Of a stretch of DNA of 64,000 bases, positions 42,441 to 52,162 are shown in pieces. The notes under the pieces were generated by a model. The model was not told where the DNA came from. It searched no databases and was given only the letters and a program-made list of their open reading frames with translations. This stretch comes from Gammaproteobacteria bacterium (GTDB taxonomy: Bacteria; Pseudomonadota; Gammaproteobacteria; Steroidobacterales; Woeseiaceae). Position 1 is the stretch's first letter. Every line of letters begins with the position of its first letter. The position numbers and the translations under genes are program-made. The stretch lies in contig JAHEGH010000002.1 of the NCBI GenBank assembly GCA_024639825.1, positions 28,575 to 92,574 of the forward strand, given 5' to 3'.

Positions 42441-43623
42441 CGCCCGCACAACGCTCTTTCTTCTCGCGCTGTCGTTGCTGGCAGCCTGCGCTACACCGCC
42501 GGAACCTGTGGCAGGGCCTGACCCTGTGGCAGGGCCGGAACCTGTGGGAGGGCCGGAACCTGTGGGAGGGCCTTCAGGCCCGAAGGGCGTCGCGGCTGAA
42601 GCCGCTCCCACGCTGATTACTATCGCCTCGGTTGGCGACATGATGATCGGCACCGAGTTCCCGCAGAACCACCTGCCCGACGACGATGCGGTTAGTTTCC
42701 TCGCCCACGTTACACCGATACTTTCCGCTGCTGACATTGCCTTTGGCAATCTCGAGGGCGTGTTGATGGATGGTGGCGAACCCGCCAAGAAGTGCAGCAA
42801 TCCAAGCGCGTGTTACCTGTTCCGTTCCCCAACCCGCTATGCACAGCGTTACCGCGACGCGGGTTTCGATGTCCTCAGCCTTGCGAACAATCACGCACGG
42901 GATTTTGGCGAAGAGGGACGCACCAGCAGTATGGAGGCGATTGCGGCGGCCGGCATGCACCACTCCGGCCGGGTGGATGACTTTGCGAGCCTGGAACAGG
43001 ATGGCCTGAAGATCGCCGTGCTCGCTTACGCAGTTACCAAGAATTCGAACATGCTGCTCGACTATGAGCTCGCGTTCACAACCGTGGCGGAATTTGCCGC
43101 GACGCATGACATCGTCATCGTATCGTTTCATGGCGGCGCGGAAGGCGCGGACGTCACCCACGTGCCATTCGCTGAAGAGGAGTACTACGGTGAACCCCGC
43201 GGAGATATCGTCTGGTTTGCCCGTGGTGTTGTCGATGCGGGGGCAGATCTTGTCATCGGTCATGGCCCACACGTCGTGCGCGGCATGGAGCGTTACAAGG
43301 ACAGGCTGATTGCCTACAGCCTGGGTAACTTCGCCACCTACTACGGCATCAGCGTCGCGGGAATCAAAGGCATCGCGCCCATTTTGACCACGACGCTGGA
43401 CGGTGAGGGGAAATTCATCGAGGGAAACATTGTCTCAACTATCCAGCTGCGGCCCGACGGCCCCAGCATTGACCCGAAGAATCGAGCATTGAACCTGATT
43501 CGCGGATTATCTGTTGAGGACTTCGGCGAACCGGGCCTGGCCTTTTTGCCGGATGGCAGCGTGCTCCCGGTCGATCGACCCGACGTACCGAACCATGAGT
43601 TAGCGCCTAGTCGTCCGAACTAA
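42433..43623 (+). CDS. CapA family (PGA_cap metallophosphatase-like) lipoprotein
   Basis: Lipobox LSLLAAC, a Pro/Gly repeat linker, and CapA motifs (SVGDMMIG, LSLANNHARDFG, VSFHGGAEG, IGHGPHVVRG, YSLGNF). Confidence 0.8.
   Translation: MISARTTLFLLALSLLAACATPPEPVAGPDPVAGPEPVGGPEPVGGPSGPKGVAAEAAPTLITIASVGDMMIGTEFPQNHLPDDDAVSFLAHVTPILSAADIAFGNLEGVLMDGGEPAKKCSNPSACYLFRSPTRYAQRYRDAGFDVLSLANNHARDFGEEGRTSSMEAIAAAGMHHSGRVDDFASLEQDGLKIAVLAYAVTKNSNMLLDYELAFTTVAEFAATHDIVIVSFHGGAEGADVTHVPFAEEEYYGEPRGDIVWFARGVVDAGADLVIGHGPHVVRGMERYKDRLIAYSLGNFATYYGISVAGIKGIAPILTTTLDGEGKFIEGNIVSTIQLRPDGPSIDPKNRALNLIRGLSVEDFGEPGLAFLPDGSVLPVDRPDVPNHELAPSRPN
42502..42573 (+). repeat. Tandem repeat, 4 x 18 nt, coding (PEPVAG/PDPVAG/PEPVGG/PEPVGG)
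   Basis: The units are GAACCTGTGGCAGGGCCT, GACCCTGTGGCAGGGCCG, GAACCTGTGGGAGGGCCG and GAACCTGTGGGAGGGCCT, arranged head to tail. Confidence 0.85.
42559..42611 (+). repeat. Partial REP-like palindromic element copy inside the capA-like gene
   Basis: GTGGGAGGGCCTTCAGGCCCGAA (23 nt) and GGCTGAAGCCGCTCCCAC (18 nt) are identical to the inner and right-arm parts of the element at 49335-49398. Confidence 0.6.
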
Positions 43624-44977
43624 CCGACTTGAAGTCGACGCCCAGCGACCGGAGCTTCCGGTACAGGTGCGTTCTCTCCATACCAACACGTTTCGCCAAA
43701 TGCCCCACCTTGCCACCGCATAGCACCAGCTGTTGCTGCAGGTAGGCCCTTTCGAACTGCTCGCGAGCTTCACGCAATGGCAGAGCCAGCAGGTCCTGCT
43801 TGACGAGCGGTTCGTCGAGCAGCGGCGCGCTAGCGGAAATTTCCGCTTCCACTTCTTCGAGCGCAATGTCATCACTGCTGCCCGACAAGAGCAGGCGACG
43901 CACGAGGTTCTTCAGTTCGCGAACGTTATCCGGCCACGGGTAGTTGCGCAGCCTGTTCTGGGCAGCAACGCTGAAGCGCCGGAAGGTCAGGCCTTCCGAA
44001 TCGACCAGCTTGTCAACGTAATACGTCAGTAACTCCGGAACGTCTTCGGCGTAGTCCCGCAATGGCGGAATACGCAAAAACAAATCGCTAAGATGCGAAA
44101 TGAGATCACGGCGTAACTCGCCGGCTACAATGCGCGCCTCGTACTCGGGTCCGACGGTCGCTACGACACGAGCATCGACCCTCATGGGCGACGTGCCCCC
44201 GATACGGGTGAACCTGCCGCTCTCCAGAATCCCGAACAGCACCCTCTGCGCGACGAGCCCGAGGTCCGAGAGTTCGTCGATAACGAGTGTGCCGCCCGAT
44301 GCTCTTTCAAAGGCGCCTGCGGTCACTTCGCCGTCGCGCTCGCTGCCGAGGAGCTGCTCTTCGCAATTTGCGTCCGTTATCGACGCAGCGGTCAACGTCG
44401 TCAGCGGTTCGTCGGCACGACGACTGAGTCCATGCATATAGCGGGCGAACGCGCCACGACCCGTGCCGGGTTCGCCACTCATCAGAACCGAACCCTCATG
44501 ACGTGCGTATTGTTGAACGCGCTCTCGCAGGCCCTGCATGAGCGCGCTGCGCCCAACCGGAGCAAGCAATGACGGCAACAGACTGCGCGCCGCTCTCGAT
44601 TGCTTGCCCGCCGATTCGAGGGCGGCCTCCACCGTGCGCAATAGCTTGGCGAGGGACAGCGGTTTCTCGACGAAATCGAAGGCGCCGAGACGGGTTGCTT
44701 CGACAGCGGTATCAACGGTGCCGTGGCCCGACATGATGACCACCGGGCAATTAAGCTCGCCATCGTCGGACCACTCTCTGAGTAACGTGATGCCATCAGT
44801 GTCCGGCATCCAGATGTCGAGGAGAATCAAGTCGAACTTGTGGTCCGCTCGTGCACTACGCGCTTCCGCCGCATTAGCGGCAACCGTAACGCCGTAACTC
44901 TCGTCCGCAAGAATATCCTTGATCAACGTGCGGATATCCGCTTCGTCATCGACCACCAGTACATGAGGATTACTCAT
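43607..44977 (-). CDS. NtrX-like response regulator (receiver + degenerate AAA+ + Fis-type HTH)
   Basis: Receiver domain (VLVVDDE...[10 protein letters not shown]), a sigma54-activator-like core without GAFTGA and with GEPGTGRG as its Walker A, and a C-terminal HTH ([23 protein letters not shown]). Confidence 0.8.
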   Translation of the reverse strand: MSNPHVLVVDDEADIRTLIKDILADESYGVTVAANAAEARSARADHKFDLILLDIWMPDTDGITLLREWSDDGELNCPVVIMSGHGTVDTAVEATRLGAFDFVEKPLSLAKLLRTVEAALESAGKQSRAARSLLPSLLAPVGRSALMQGLRERVQQYARHEGSVLMSGEPGTGRGAFARYMHGLSRRADEPLTTLTAASITDANCEEQLLGSERDGEVTAGAFERASGGTLVIDELSDLGLVAQRVLFGILESGRFTRIGGTSPMRVDARVVATVGPEYEARIVAGELRRDLISHLSDLFLRIPPLRDYAEDVPELLTYYVDKLVDSEGLTFRRFSVAAQNRLRNYPWPDNVRELKNLVRRLLLSGSSDDIALEEVEAEISASAPLLDEPLVKQDLLALPLREAREQFERAYLQQQLVLCGGKVGHLAKRVGMERTHLYRKLRSLGVDFKSVSSDD

Positions 44978-47208
44978 GCTTGTTCCCTCCTTTTCTCGGC
45001 GCGTCCAGGCGCTTTGGCAATCATCAGTTCACGTGCCGCCTCATTGAGTGGCAACCGTATGCTAATCATCGCTCCCCCGTCTTTGCGATTCCTGGCCCTG
45101 ATCGAGCCGGCATGTTCTTCCACGAGCTTCTTAACAATCGCGAGGCCCAGGCCAGTGCCTTTCGGCTTGGTTGTGACGTAGGGATCGAAAATCTGGCTAA
45201 TCGAGCCCGTCTGGAACCCCGGCCCGTTGTCTTCTACTTTGATCTGCACAATCTTGACGGCGTCGACTTCGGCCACGCTTACCTGCACATCAATCTGGCC
45301 GTCAGCTGAGTTCTCGAGGGCCTCGACGGCATTGCGAAGAAGGTTGTGCAGCATCTGCCGTATGCGACCCATGTCCGCCTCGATCATCGGCATGGTCGGG
45401 TCCGATGTGAGGACGATCCGTATTTTGTTCTCCTGCGTGCGGTACAGGTCGACGACCTCATGCACGAGCTTGTCGAGATCAAAGAGACTCAAATCCATGT
45501 CCGGTGCGCGCGCGTAGTCACTGAACGCGTTGACCATCTCCTTCATCGCCTCCACCTGTTGCACGATAGTGTGCGTTGCACGATCGAGAATCTGCGCCTC
45601 TTCTGCGGGCATCGTGTGCAGGTATTTGTGGCGCATGCGCTCAGCTGACAACTGAATGGGCGTAAGCGGGTTCTTGATCTCGTGCGCCAACCTCCGCGCC
45701 ACCTCGCCCCAGGCCGCATCGCGCTGCGCTTGCAGCAATGCCGTGATGTCGTCAAAGACGACCACGTAACCGGCGGCATGGTCCTTATCACCCGGGAGCG
45801 CGGTGCAAGCGCAGGTCAGGACCCTTCTGCCCACCTCGCCGCGCAGCACAATCTGTTCGCGCCACTCTGTTTCCCCGGCGTCCAGATGCACTTGAGCAAC
45901 ATCGACAAATTGTTCCAGTAGCGCGTGTCCCTTAGCCACCTCAGCCAACGGCTCTCCCGTGCGATGCTCAAGATTAACGCCGAGGATCGATCCGGCAGCC
46001 TGGTTAGCATTCCGTATCCGCAAGTCTGACTCCAGCGCGAGTACGCCCGTCGACAGGCGCGCCAGGATAACTTCGAGGTTCGTACGCTCTGCCTCGACCA
46101 GCGCCTGGCTAAGGCTGGCCTCGCGTCGCGCCGTCGCAAGGCGCTGTGTCATATCGTTGAATGAGCTGATCAGGAAGCCAATCTCGTCGCGCGTTGGCGT
46201 TGGCAGTCGCATGTCAAAGTCACCCATTGCAACCGCGCGCGTACCGGCCACGAGATCCTGGATGGGCGCGACCAGCCGGCGGGACAGGACGAACGCGCCA
46301 GCGATCGCCGTCAACAGGCTGAGCAGTAGTACGAACGCCAGCGTCCAGGTCAGGAGGTCTTTCAGGTCCTCCCGGAAGAACACCAGTTGCTGGTACTCCT
46401 GATATGAGCGCTCGACGCTGCTCACCATCTTCCCGAGTCGATCGGCCACCGGGTAGTGCCCCTGCAGGACGCGCGCCTGTTGCGCGCGGCCACCGCGATA
46501 GGTGAAGACAACGGCAGTACGCACTTCGACGCGACCAGAGGACATCGATTCGAGGCTGACGAAAGGGCGTGCCTGCTGCATCTGCAGTACGACTTCTTCG
46601 GTCAGCGGCTTCGGCAGACTTGCGGTTGCGCTGTCGGTACTGGTTGCAAGCACGGTGTTGTTGTCACCGTAGAGCGTCATCTCGCTCGCGCCGCTTTCTC
46701 GGCGCAACATGCCGAGCTCAGAAACCAGCCGTCGCTCGTTGGCCACAGCGAGACGCTGCGCAGCCAGCTGCGTTGACTGCAGGTTGCGGCGCTTCTGGAA
46801 TTCAAGCGCAGCCCTGCTCAGCGCAAGCGCGTTGTCGAGGCCATCTTCGACTTCCACGTTAAACCAGCTGTCGATGCCGCGGTTGATAAACTGCGTGGAA
46901 AAGTAAAAGACGACGATGAGCGGCAGCACCGCAAGCCCGACGAACATACCCACCATGCGTGCTTTGAGTTTTGCGCCGGGTACGTTGTTGCGATAATCAC
47001 TGAACAGGCGCGACAGATTGCCAATCAGCAGCGCGATCAGCAACACACCGCCGACAATATTGGTCCACAGGATAATTTCCTGCATGCGATCGAAGTCGGC
47101 CGACCTCTGCACCGTTTGGGTCAGCAGAAACAGCGCCGCAAGGGCCATGCCGACACCAAGCGTCGCAATCAGGATATAAAAGGCTCGTTTCAGTGTTCGA
47201 GCAACCAT
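44974..47208 (-). CDS. NtrY-like sensor histidine kinase
   Basis: Four N-terminal TM helices, HAMP and PAS domains, an H-box ([17 protein letters not shown]) and an HATPase domain (DNGPGF...[20 protein letters not shown]). ATGA overlap with the regulator gene. Confidence 0.85.
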   Translation of the reverse strand: MVARTLKRAFYILIATLGVGMALAALFLLTQTVQRSADFDRMQEIILWTNIVGGVLLIALLIGNLSRLFSDYRNNVPGAKLKARMVGMFVGLAVLPLIVVFYFSTQFINRGIDSWFNVEVEDGLDNALALSRAALEFQKRRNLQSTQLAAQRLAVANERRLVSELGMLRRESGASEMTLYGDNNTVLATSTDSATASLPKPLTEEVVLQMQQARPFVSLESMSSGRVEVRTAVVFTYRGGRAQQARVLQGHYPVADRLGKMVSSVERSYQEYQQLVFFREDLKDLLTWTLAFVLLLSLLTAIAGAFVLSRRLVAPIQDLVAGTRAVAMGDFDMRLPTPTRDEIGFLISSFNDMTQRLATARREASLSQALVEAERTNLEVILARLSTGVLALESDLRIRNANQAAGSILGVNLEHRTGEPLAEVAKGHALLEQFVDVAQVHLDAGETEWREQIVLRGEVGRRVLTCACTALPGDKDHAAGYVVVFDDITALLQAQRDAAWGEVARRLAHEIKNPLTPIQLSAERMRHKYLHTMPAEEAQILDRATHTIVQQVEAMKEMVNAFSDYARAPDMDLSLFDLDKLVHEVVDLYRTQENKIRIVLTSDPTMPMIEADMGRIRQMLHNLLRNAVEALENSADGQIDVQVSVAEVDAVKIVQIKVEDNGPGFQTGSISQIFDPYVTTKPKGTGLGLAIVKKLVEEHAGSIRARNRKDGGAMISIRLPLNEAARELMIAKAPGRAEKRREQA

Positions 47209-47789
47209 TCAAACCATTCGCTTTGTAACTGCCATTCGCCGCGCCAGAAAAACAGCACACGCAGTGCGGCGGGATAGCGTTCCGTATTGAGCATGGCCCG
47301 CAGCCGCACGCGGTATTCTGCTTCGGCATCGAGTAAGGCATCGTCAATAACGGGCAATCCCTGGACACGGCCCAGGCTGTTCAGCGCGGAGTAGAGCGTC
47401 GCGAAGGAGTCCTGATCTCCACTATTGTTGTTGCGAACGATGTAACGCTGACTGACCGGCGAGTACTCTAGTTCGTAACGAAGCGTGAGTTCCGCCTCGA
47501 TATCGTCGGGGATAAAGCGACGCGAGCGTATCACCTGCAGCTGCAGCTCTATGGTCAGCGTGACGCCACTCTCCAGCGCGGCGAGCGCTTCGGAGGACAG
47601 GACCAGCTGCAGTCGTGCGTCCAGCCTGTGCACGCCATTAGCGAGTTCAGTCGATGCCGAGCGGACTTCGAAATAGCCCTCGCGCTCAACATCCTGCGCC
47701 AGCCCCGTACCCAGGGCGAGCGTAGCCAGCAGTACGAGCAAGGCGTACTTGTTGCCTGATTTCGTTGTTCCAGCGGGTTTGAGTGACAT
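47190..47789 (-). CDS. DUF4390-like exported protein
   Basis: Signal peptide ([15 protein letters not shown]). It sits between rsmB and the NtrY-like kinase, the position I recall for DUF4390. Contains [21 protein letters not shown]...[10 protein letters not shown]. Confidence 0.55.
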   Translation of the reverse strand: MSLKPAGTTKSGNKYALLVLLATLALGTGLAQDVEREGYFEVRSASTELANGVHRLDARLQLVLSSEALAALESGVTLTIELQLQVIRSRRFIPDDIEAELTLRYELEYSPVSQRYIVRNNNSGDQDSFATLYSALNSLGRVQGLPVIDDALLDAEAEYRVRLRAMLNTERYPAALRVLFFWRGEWQLQSEWFEWLLEH

Positions 47790-47797
47790 CGTCTTCT

Positions 47798-49123
47798 TCA
47801 GGAGGCCTTCTTGACGAGGCATGCGTAGTAAAAACCATCGAGTCCTGCCGTTCCGGGCAGAATCTGATAGCCACACGCCTTCCTCCGCATTAGATCGCGG
47901 ATGTTGTTATTTGGCAACACGCTGTCTTCCACCGCGTCGTCATTGGCCTCAAGGAATCCCTGCACTACGCCATCGTTCTCCGCTGCGAGAACCGAACAGG
48001 TGACATACAACAGCCGCCCGCCGGGTGCCAGCACCTGCCATAACGCGCTCAGTATGGCCCCCTGCAGGACCCTGAGATCGTCGATATCGCTCGCTCGCCG
48101 CAGCAATTTGATATCGGGATGGCGGCGAATCACTCCTGTCGCCGAACAGGGCGCATCGAGCAAAACCGCGTCAAACGGTGTGCCATCCCACCATTCTCCA
48201 GGTTTTGATGCATCGGCGATCTTAATGGTTGCATCCAGCCCAATACGCGCATGATTCTCTCGAACAAGCTCGATGCGCCTCGCATCACTGTCGATAGCCG
48301 TGAGTTCGAACCCGGCACCACCCAACTCCAGCAGGTGGCCGCTCTTGCCGCCGGGCGCGGCGCAGGCATCAAGCACCCGCCTCGGGTTATCCGCCATGAG
48401 CCAGCGCGCAGGAATCTGCGCCGCTGCATCCTGTACCGACGCGTCACCGTCCATGAATCCAGGCAGTTCCTCAACGCTGCAGGGCTCGGTGAGTCGCACA
48501 GCATCCGGTATGCCTTCGAGCAGCTCAGCCGCCTTATCGTCACCAGCGAGGCGCACCAGATACTCCGGCGCAGACTGGCGCGCAGAATTTACCCGCAACC
48601 ACATCGGTGCCCGTGAATTATTTGCTTCGAGAATGGCCTGGTAGTCATCAGGCCAGTCCTTGTGCAGCTTATCCAGGAGCCATTGCGGGTGGTTCCAGCG
48701 GACCGCTTCGTCACCCGCGACCTGTTCGGCCATTTTTTCCCGGGTGAAACGACGCAGACAGGCATTCAACAGGCCCGCGAGTTTTGGGCGACGTAACTGA
48801 CGCGCGGCTTCCACCGTTTGCGACACCGCGGCGTGATCGGGAATGCGTGTATCGCAGAGCTGAAACAACCCCACCGCGAGCAGTGCATTGATGACGCTGT
48901 CCCGTTTTTTTAGCGGACGGCCTAGTAGCTGGCCGATCCAGTGCTGTAGTTGCCAGTGCTTACGTACGGTGCCGAAACACAGCATGCGCAGCAGCGAACG
49001 GTCCGCCTCAGAGACGCGTCCCTCGCACCCGGCGATCGCCGCATCCAGCGACTGTCCGCCGCTGACAACCGCGTCGACAACTTCCGCCGCAACTGCCCGT
49101 GTCTTCGCCCCCGAATTCGCCAT
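47798..49123 (-). CDS. rsmB: 16S rRNA (cytosine967-C5)-methyltransferase
   Basis: NusB-like N-terminal domain, SAM motif (VLDACAAPGGKS) and catalytic motifs (VLLDAPCSATGVIRRHPD, LLYVTCS). Confidence 0.92.
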   Translation of the reverse strand: MANSGAKTRAVAAEVVDAVVSGGQSLDAAIAGCEGRVSEADRSLLRMLCFGTVRKHWQLQHWIGQLLGRPLKKRDSVINALLAVGLFQLCDTRIPDHAAVSQTVEAARQLRRPKLAGLLNACLRRFTREKMAEQVAGDEAVRWNHPQWLLDKLHKDWPDDYQAILEANNSRAPMWLRVNSARQSAPEYLVRLAGDDKAAELLEGIPDAVRLTEPCSVEELPGFMDGDASVQDAAAQIPARWLMADNPRRVLDACAAPGGKSGHLLELGGAGFELTAIDSDARRIELVRENHARIGLDATIKIADASKPGEWWDGTPFDAVLLDAPCSATGVIRRHPDIKLLRRASDIDDLRVLQGAILSALWQVLAPGGRLLYVTCSVLAAENDGVVQGFLEANDDAVEDSVLPNNNIRDLMRRKACGYQILPGTAGLDGFYYACLVKKAS

Positions 49124-49125
49124 GT

Positions 49126-50115
49126 TTATTCGAGCCTCTGTCCCGAGAGATCCAGCTGACCCGCGAATTCCTGCGCCGTCGCGCGACGCTTACCGGGCAA
49201 CTGCAATTCATCAAGGCGCAGCGCACCGGCGCCACTCGCAACGATAATGCCGTTGCGATCACTTCGCAGGACCGTACCGGGCTCGGCCGACCCATCGACG
49301 GCCGTGGCTCGCCAGACCTTTAGTCTGCAACCCTGTGGGAGCGGCTTCAGCGGTGGGAGGGCCTTCAGGCCCGAATTGGCGGCTGAAGCCGCTCCCACGA
49401 AACAATAGGCACCCGGGAACGGGTTGTAGGCACGCACTCGTCGTACCAGTTCGGCCGCCGGCAAAGACCAGTCGATGGCCGCATCCTGCTTCTCAATCTT
49501 GGGCGCGTAGGTCGTCCGGGCTTCGTCTTGCGCTGCCGAGACCAGCTCGCCCGCGAGAATATCGTCCAGGTGCGCTATCAGCGTAGCGCCACCGAGTGCG
49601 GCGAGCCGGTCGTGCAGCTCACCGGCAGTCTCATTGACGCCGATCTCGATCTCTTCAATATGAAATACAGGACCGCAGTCCAGCCCGGCCGTCATTGCCA
49701 TCAGGCTGACGCCCGTTCTGGCATCGCCTGCGAGTATGGCGGCCTGGATCGGCGCCGCACCCCGCCACCGCGGGAGAACAGAGGCATGCACATTCAGGCA
49801 ACCCTGCACAGGAATATCCAGAACGTTCTGCGGCAGGATAAGACCGTAGGCGGCGACGATCATCAGATCGGGCCGCAACGCCGCAAGGTCCGCCACCACG
49901 CTCTCGTCGCGCAACGTGACCGGCTGCATAACGGGAATCCCCCGCTGCTCCGCATACTGCTTGACCGGGCTTGCCGTAAGTTTCTTGCCGCGGCCGGCAG
50001 GGCGATCCGGTTGTGTCAGCACTGCGATCGGCACTCGCCCGGATTCGACCAGTGCCGTTAGCGACGCAAGCGCGAAATCCGGCGTGCCGGCGAAAATAAT
50101 CCTGGGAGTGGTCAT
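49126..50115 (-). CDS. fmt: Methionyl-tRNA formyltransferase, carrying an in-frame palindromic insertion
   Basis: IIFAGTPDFA, QPDRPAGRGKK, CLNVHASVLPRWRGAAPIQ. It is 329 aa, and residues 240-260 are encoded by the repeat at 49335-49398. Confidence 0.93.
   Translation of the reverse strand: MTTPRIIFAGTPDFALASLTALVESGRVPIAVLTQPDRPAGRGKKLTASPVKQYAEQRGIPVMQPVTLRDESVVADLAALRPDLMIVAAYGLILPQNVLDIPVQGCLNVHASVLPRWRGAAPIQAAILAGDARTGVSLMAMTAGLDCGPVFHIEEIEIGVNETAGELHDRLAALGGATLIAHLDDILAGELVSAAQDEARTTYAPKIEKQDAAIDWSLPAAELVRRVRAYNPFPGAYCFVGAASAANSGLKALPPLKPLPQGCRLKVWRATAVDGSAEPGTVLRSDRNGIIVASGAGALRLDELQLPGKRRATAQEFAGQLDLSGQRLE
49335..49398. repeat. Nested palindromic REP-like element, full copy
   Basis: A 17-bp perfect outer stem (GTGGGAGCGGCTTCAGC / GCTGAAGCCGCTCCCAC) encloses an inner hairpin (GGGCC-TTCA-GGCCC). 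Confidence 0.8.
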
Positions 50116-50142
50116 TGGTCTGTTTGCCGGAGCGCTGCCCGC

Positions 50143-50655
50143 CTAGACCGGGACCGCCGCGTTGCGCCGCTCTTTTTCCAGCTTCTTGCGAATTCGCTGG
50201 CGCTTCGCCTCGGACAGGTAGTCCACGAACAGCTTGCCATCGAGATGATCCATCTCGTGTTGTATGCAAACCGCGAGCAGGCCCTCGGCCTCCATCTCCA
50301 CCGCCTCGCCCTTGCGATCCAGGAAACGAACGCGAATATGTTCCGCACGCTCCACCGACTCGTAGTACCCGGGGACGGACAAACACCCTTCATCCGTCAC
50401 GGTCACGCCGTCCTTCTCGATAATTTCCGGGTTGATCAGCGCGAAGGGCTCCGATTTGTCCGATGACACATCAGCGACGAGCAGGCGCTTGTGGACGTCG
50501 ACCTGCGTCGCGGCCAGACCAATACCCGGTGCGTCGTACATGGTCTCGAACATGTCCCCGATCAGCGCGCGCAGCGCGTCATCCACCACCTCAACAGGGG
50601 CGGCCTTCTTCCGCAACCGCGGGTCAGGAAACTCCAATATCTTCAGTTTTGCCAT
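50143..50655 (-). CDS. def: Peptide deformylase
   Basis: [16 protein letters not shown] and HEMDHLDG metal-binding motifs. Start taken at [14 protein letters not shown]. Confidence 0.95.
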   Translation of the reverse strand: MAKLKILEFPDPRLRKKAAPVEVVDDALRALIGDMFETMYDAPGIGLAATQVDVHKRLLVADVSSDKSEPFALINPEIIEKDGVTVTDEGCLSVPGYYESVERAEHIRVRFLDRKGEAVEMEAEGLLAVCIQHEMDHLDGKLFVDYLSEAKRQRIRKKLEKERRNAAVPV

Positions 50656-50939
50656 AATTTCCGTTGAGCCTTTCGACCCGTTAACCATGCAATATCGCTG
50701 TTTTGCAACATAATAAAACCAGCGTCGTTTTCGCGTGAATTCCTATAAATGCGACCTAAATGTTTGACTTTATTGAATAAGATGTCAGACAATGCCGCCA
50801 GAAATGCACCCTTCCGGACGTTATTTGGGGCCGGAAATGTGACGTAATTAGCAGCCTCGGCAGTACCGGCACGACATAGTATAGCAACGCCTTGAAAGTA
50901 CGGGCCTAAACTGAATTGTTTGTAGGGAGTCCTCGCGAC

Positions 50940-52100
50940 ATGTCACTCAGCAACACTAGCCTGAAATCCAGCCTTCGGCTGACCGCTGCCACACTGGCCC
51001 TGACATTGGCCGGTTGCGGGGGTAATCCGCCCGCATACGAGAGCAGCCCAGCCGCTCCGACAGTAACCTCCGGAGGCACCTCGATGGAGAGCGGCTATGC
51101 CGAGCCCGCGGCTTACGAGCCCGTTCTGCAGCGCATCAATGAACCCGTGCCACTCGCCGAAGGCCATCCCAACGAGTATGTCGTTCAGGTAGGCGACACG
51201 CTGTGGGACATCGCAGGAACGTTCCTCAAAGACCCCTGGTATTGGCCCGAAATCTGGTATGTCAATCCGGACATCGTAAACCCGCATCTGATCTATCCGG
51301 GTGATGTGCTTGGCCTCGTATACATCGACGGCCAGCCGCGTATCACGAACGTCCGCGCGTCGACCTATCGCATGTCGCCGCAAGCGCGCGTAACGCCATT
51401 GACAGAGTCGATCAGCAGCATTCCCTATGAAGATGTAGCCGCGTTCCTGAGTTCGGGCGTGGTTTTGGAGAAGAAACAGGCGGATTCGCTGCCGTACCTC
51501 CTGCAAACCCGCGGTGATCACCTGATTGCTTCAGCCGGCAACGAAATTTATGTTCGCGGTATTACCCAGGACACACCGGGCGTTCGCTTCAGCGTCGTGC
51601 ATGTTGGCGACCCGCTCTACGACCCCGATGACAATCGACTGATCGGCTACCAGGGTATTCCCGTTGGTGACGGGCGTTTGCGTCGCGGTGGGGACCCGGC
51701 CACGGTCGCTCTGACAGACACGAAGATGGAAGCCAAGCCGGGCGACCGTCTGCTTCCCGAGGAAGTCGACATCCCGCTGAACTTCTTCCCACGCTCACCG
51801 AGCAGCGCCATTGATGGCCGTATCATCTCGGTGGTTGGGGGTGTAACGCAGATTGGCCAGTACATGGTCGTTGTGATTAACCGCGGTTCGAATAAAGGCC
51901 TGTCGGTCGGCGATGTGCTGACTGTATTCCAGGTCGGCGAAGAGGTGCAGGACCGCTTCGGTGGCGGCAAAGTGCGCCTGCCGGAAGAAGAAGCCGGTAC
52001 CGTGATGATATTCAAGACCTATGATCGCATCAGCTACGGTCTTGTCATGGAAGCCACTCAAGCCATCCATATTCACGACTCGGTTCGTAACCCAAGCTAA
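50940..52100 (+). CDS. tsaP: LysM domain lipoprotein (TsaP-like, secretin-associated)
   Basis: Lipobox LTLAGC and a LysM motif (YVVQVGDTLWDIAGTFLKDPWYWPEIW..NPHLIYPGDVL). It occupies the conserved position divergent from def and upstream of dprA. Confidence 0.7.
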   Translation: MSLSNTSLKSSLRLTAATLALTLAGCGGNPPAYESSPAAPTVTSGGTSMESGYAEPAAYEPVLQRINEPVPLAEGHPNEYVVQVGDTLWDIAGTFLKDPWYWPEIWYVNPDIVNPHLIYPGDVLGLVYIDGQPRITNVRASTYRMSPQARVTPLTESISSIPYEDVAAFLSSGVVLEKKQADSLPYLLQTRGDHLIASAGNEIYVRGITQDTPGVRFSVVHVGDPLYDPDDNRLIGYQGIPVGDGRLRRGGDPATVALTDTKMEAKPGDRLLPEEVDIPLNFFPRSPSSAIDGRIISVVGGVTQIGQYMVVVINRGSNKGLSVGDVLTVFQVGEEVQDRFGGGKVRLPEEEAGTVMIFKTYDRISYGLVMEATQAIHIHDSVRNPS

Positions 52101-52120
52101 AACTCTTATCTTTCGCAATT

Positions 52121-52159
52121 AATACCGCGCGGCGCTGTGCGCCGACGCGGTATTATTTT
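52121..52159 (+). terminator. Hairpin terminator after the LysM gene
   Basis: AATACCGCGCGGCGC-TGT-GCGCCGACGCGGTATT followed by ATTTTG. It ends 4 nt before the dprA ATG. Confidence 0.6.
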
Positions 52160-52162
52160 GCG

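Noticed and set aside
50656-50939. The 284-nt AT-rich def/LysM intergenic region, examined for a small RNA, tRNA or riboswitch.
   Set aside because: I found no stable conserved-looking structure, no tRNA cloverleaf and no terminator. It is most simply a divergent promoter region.
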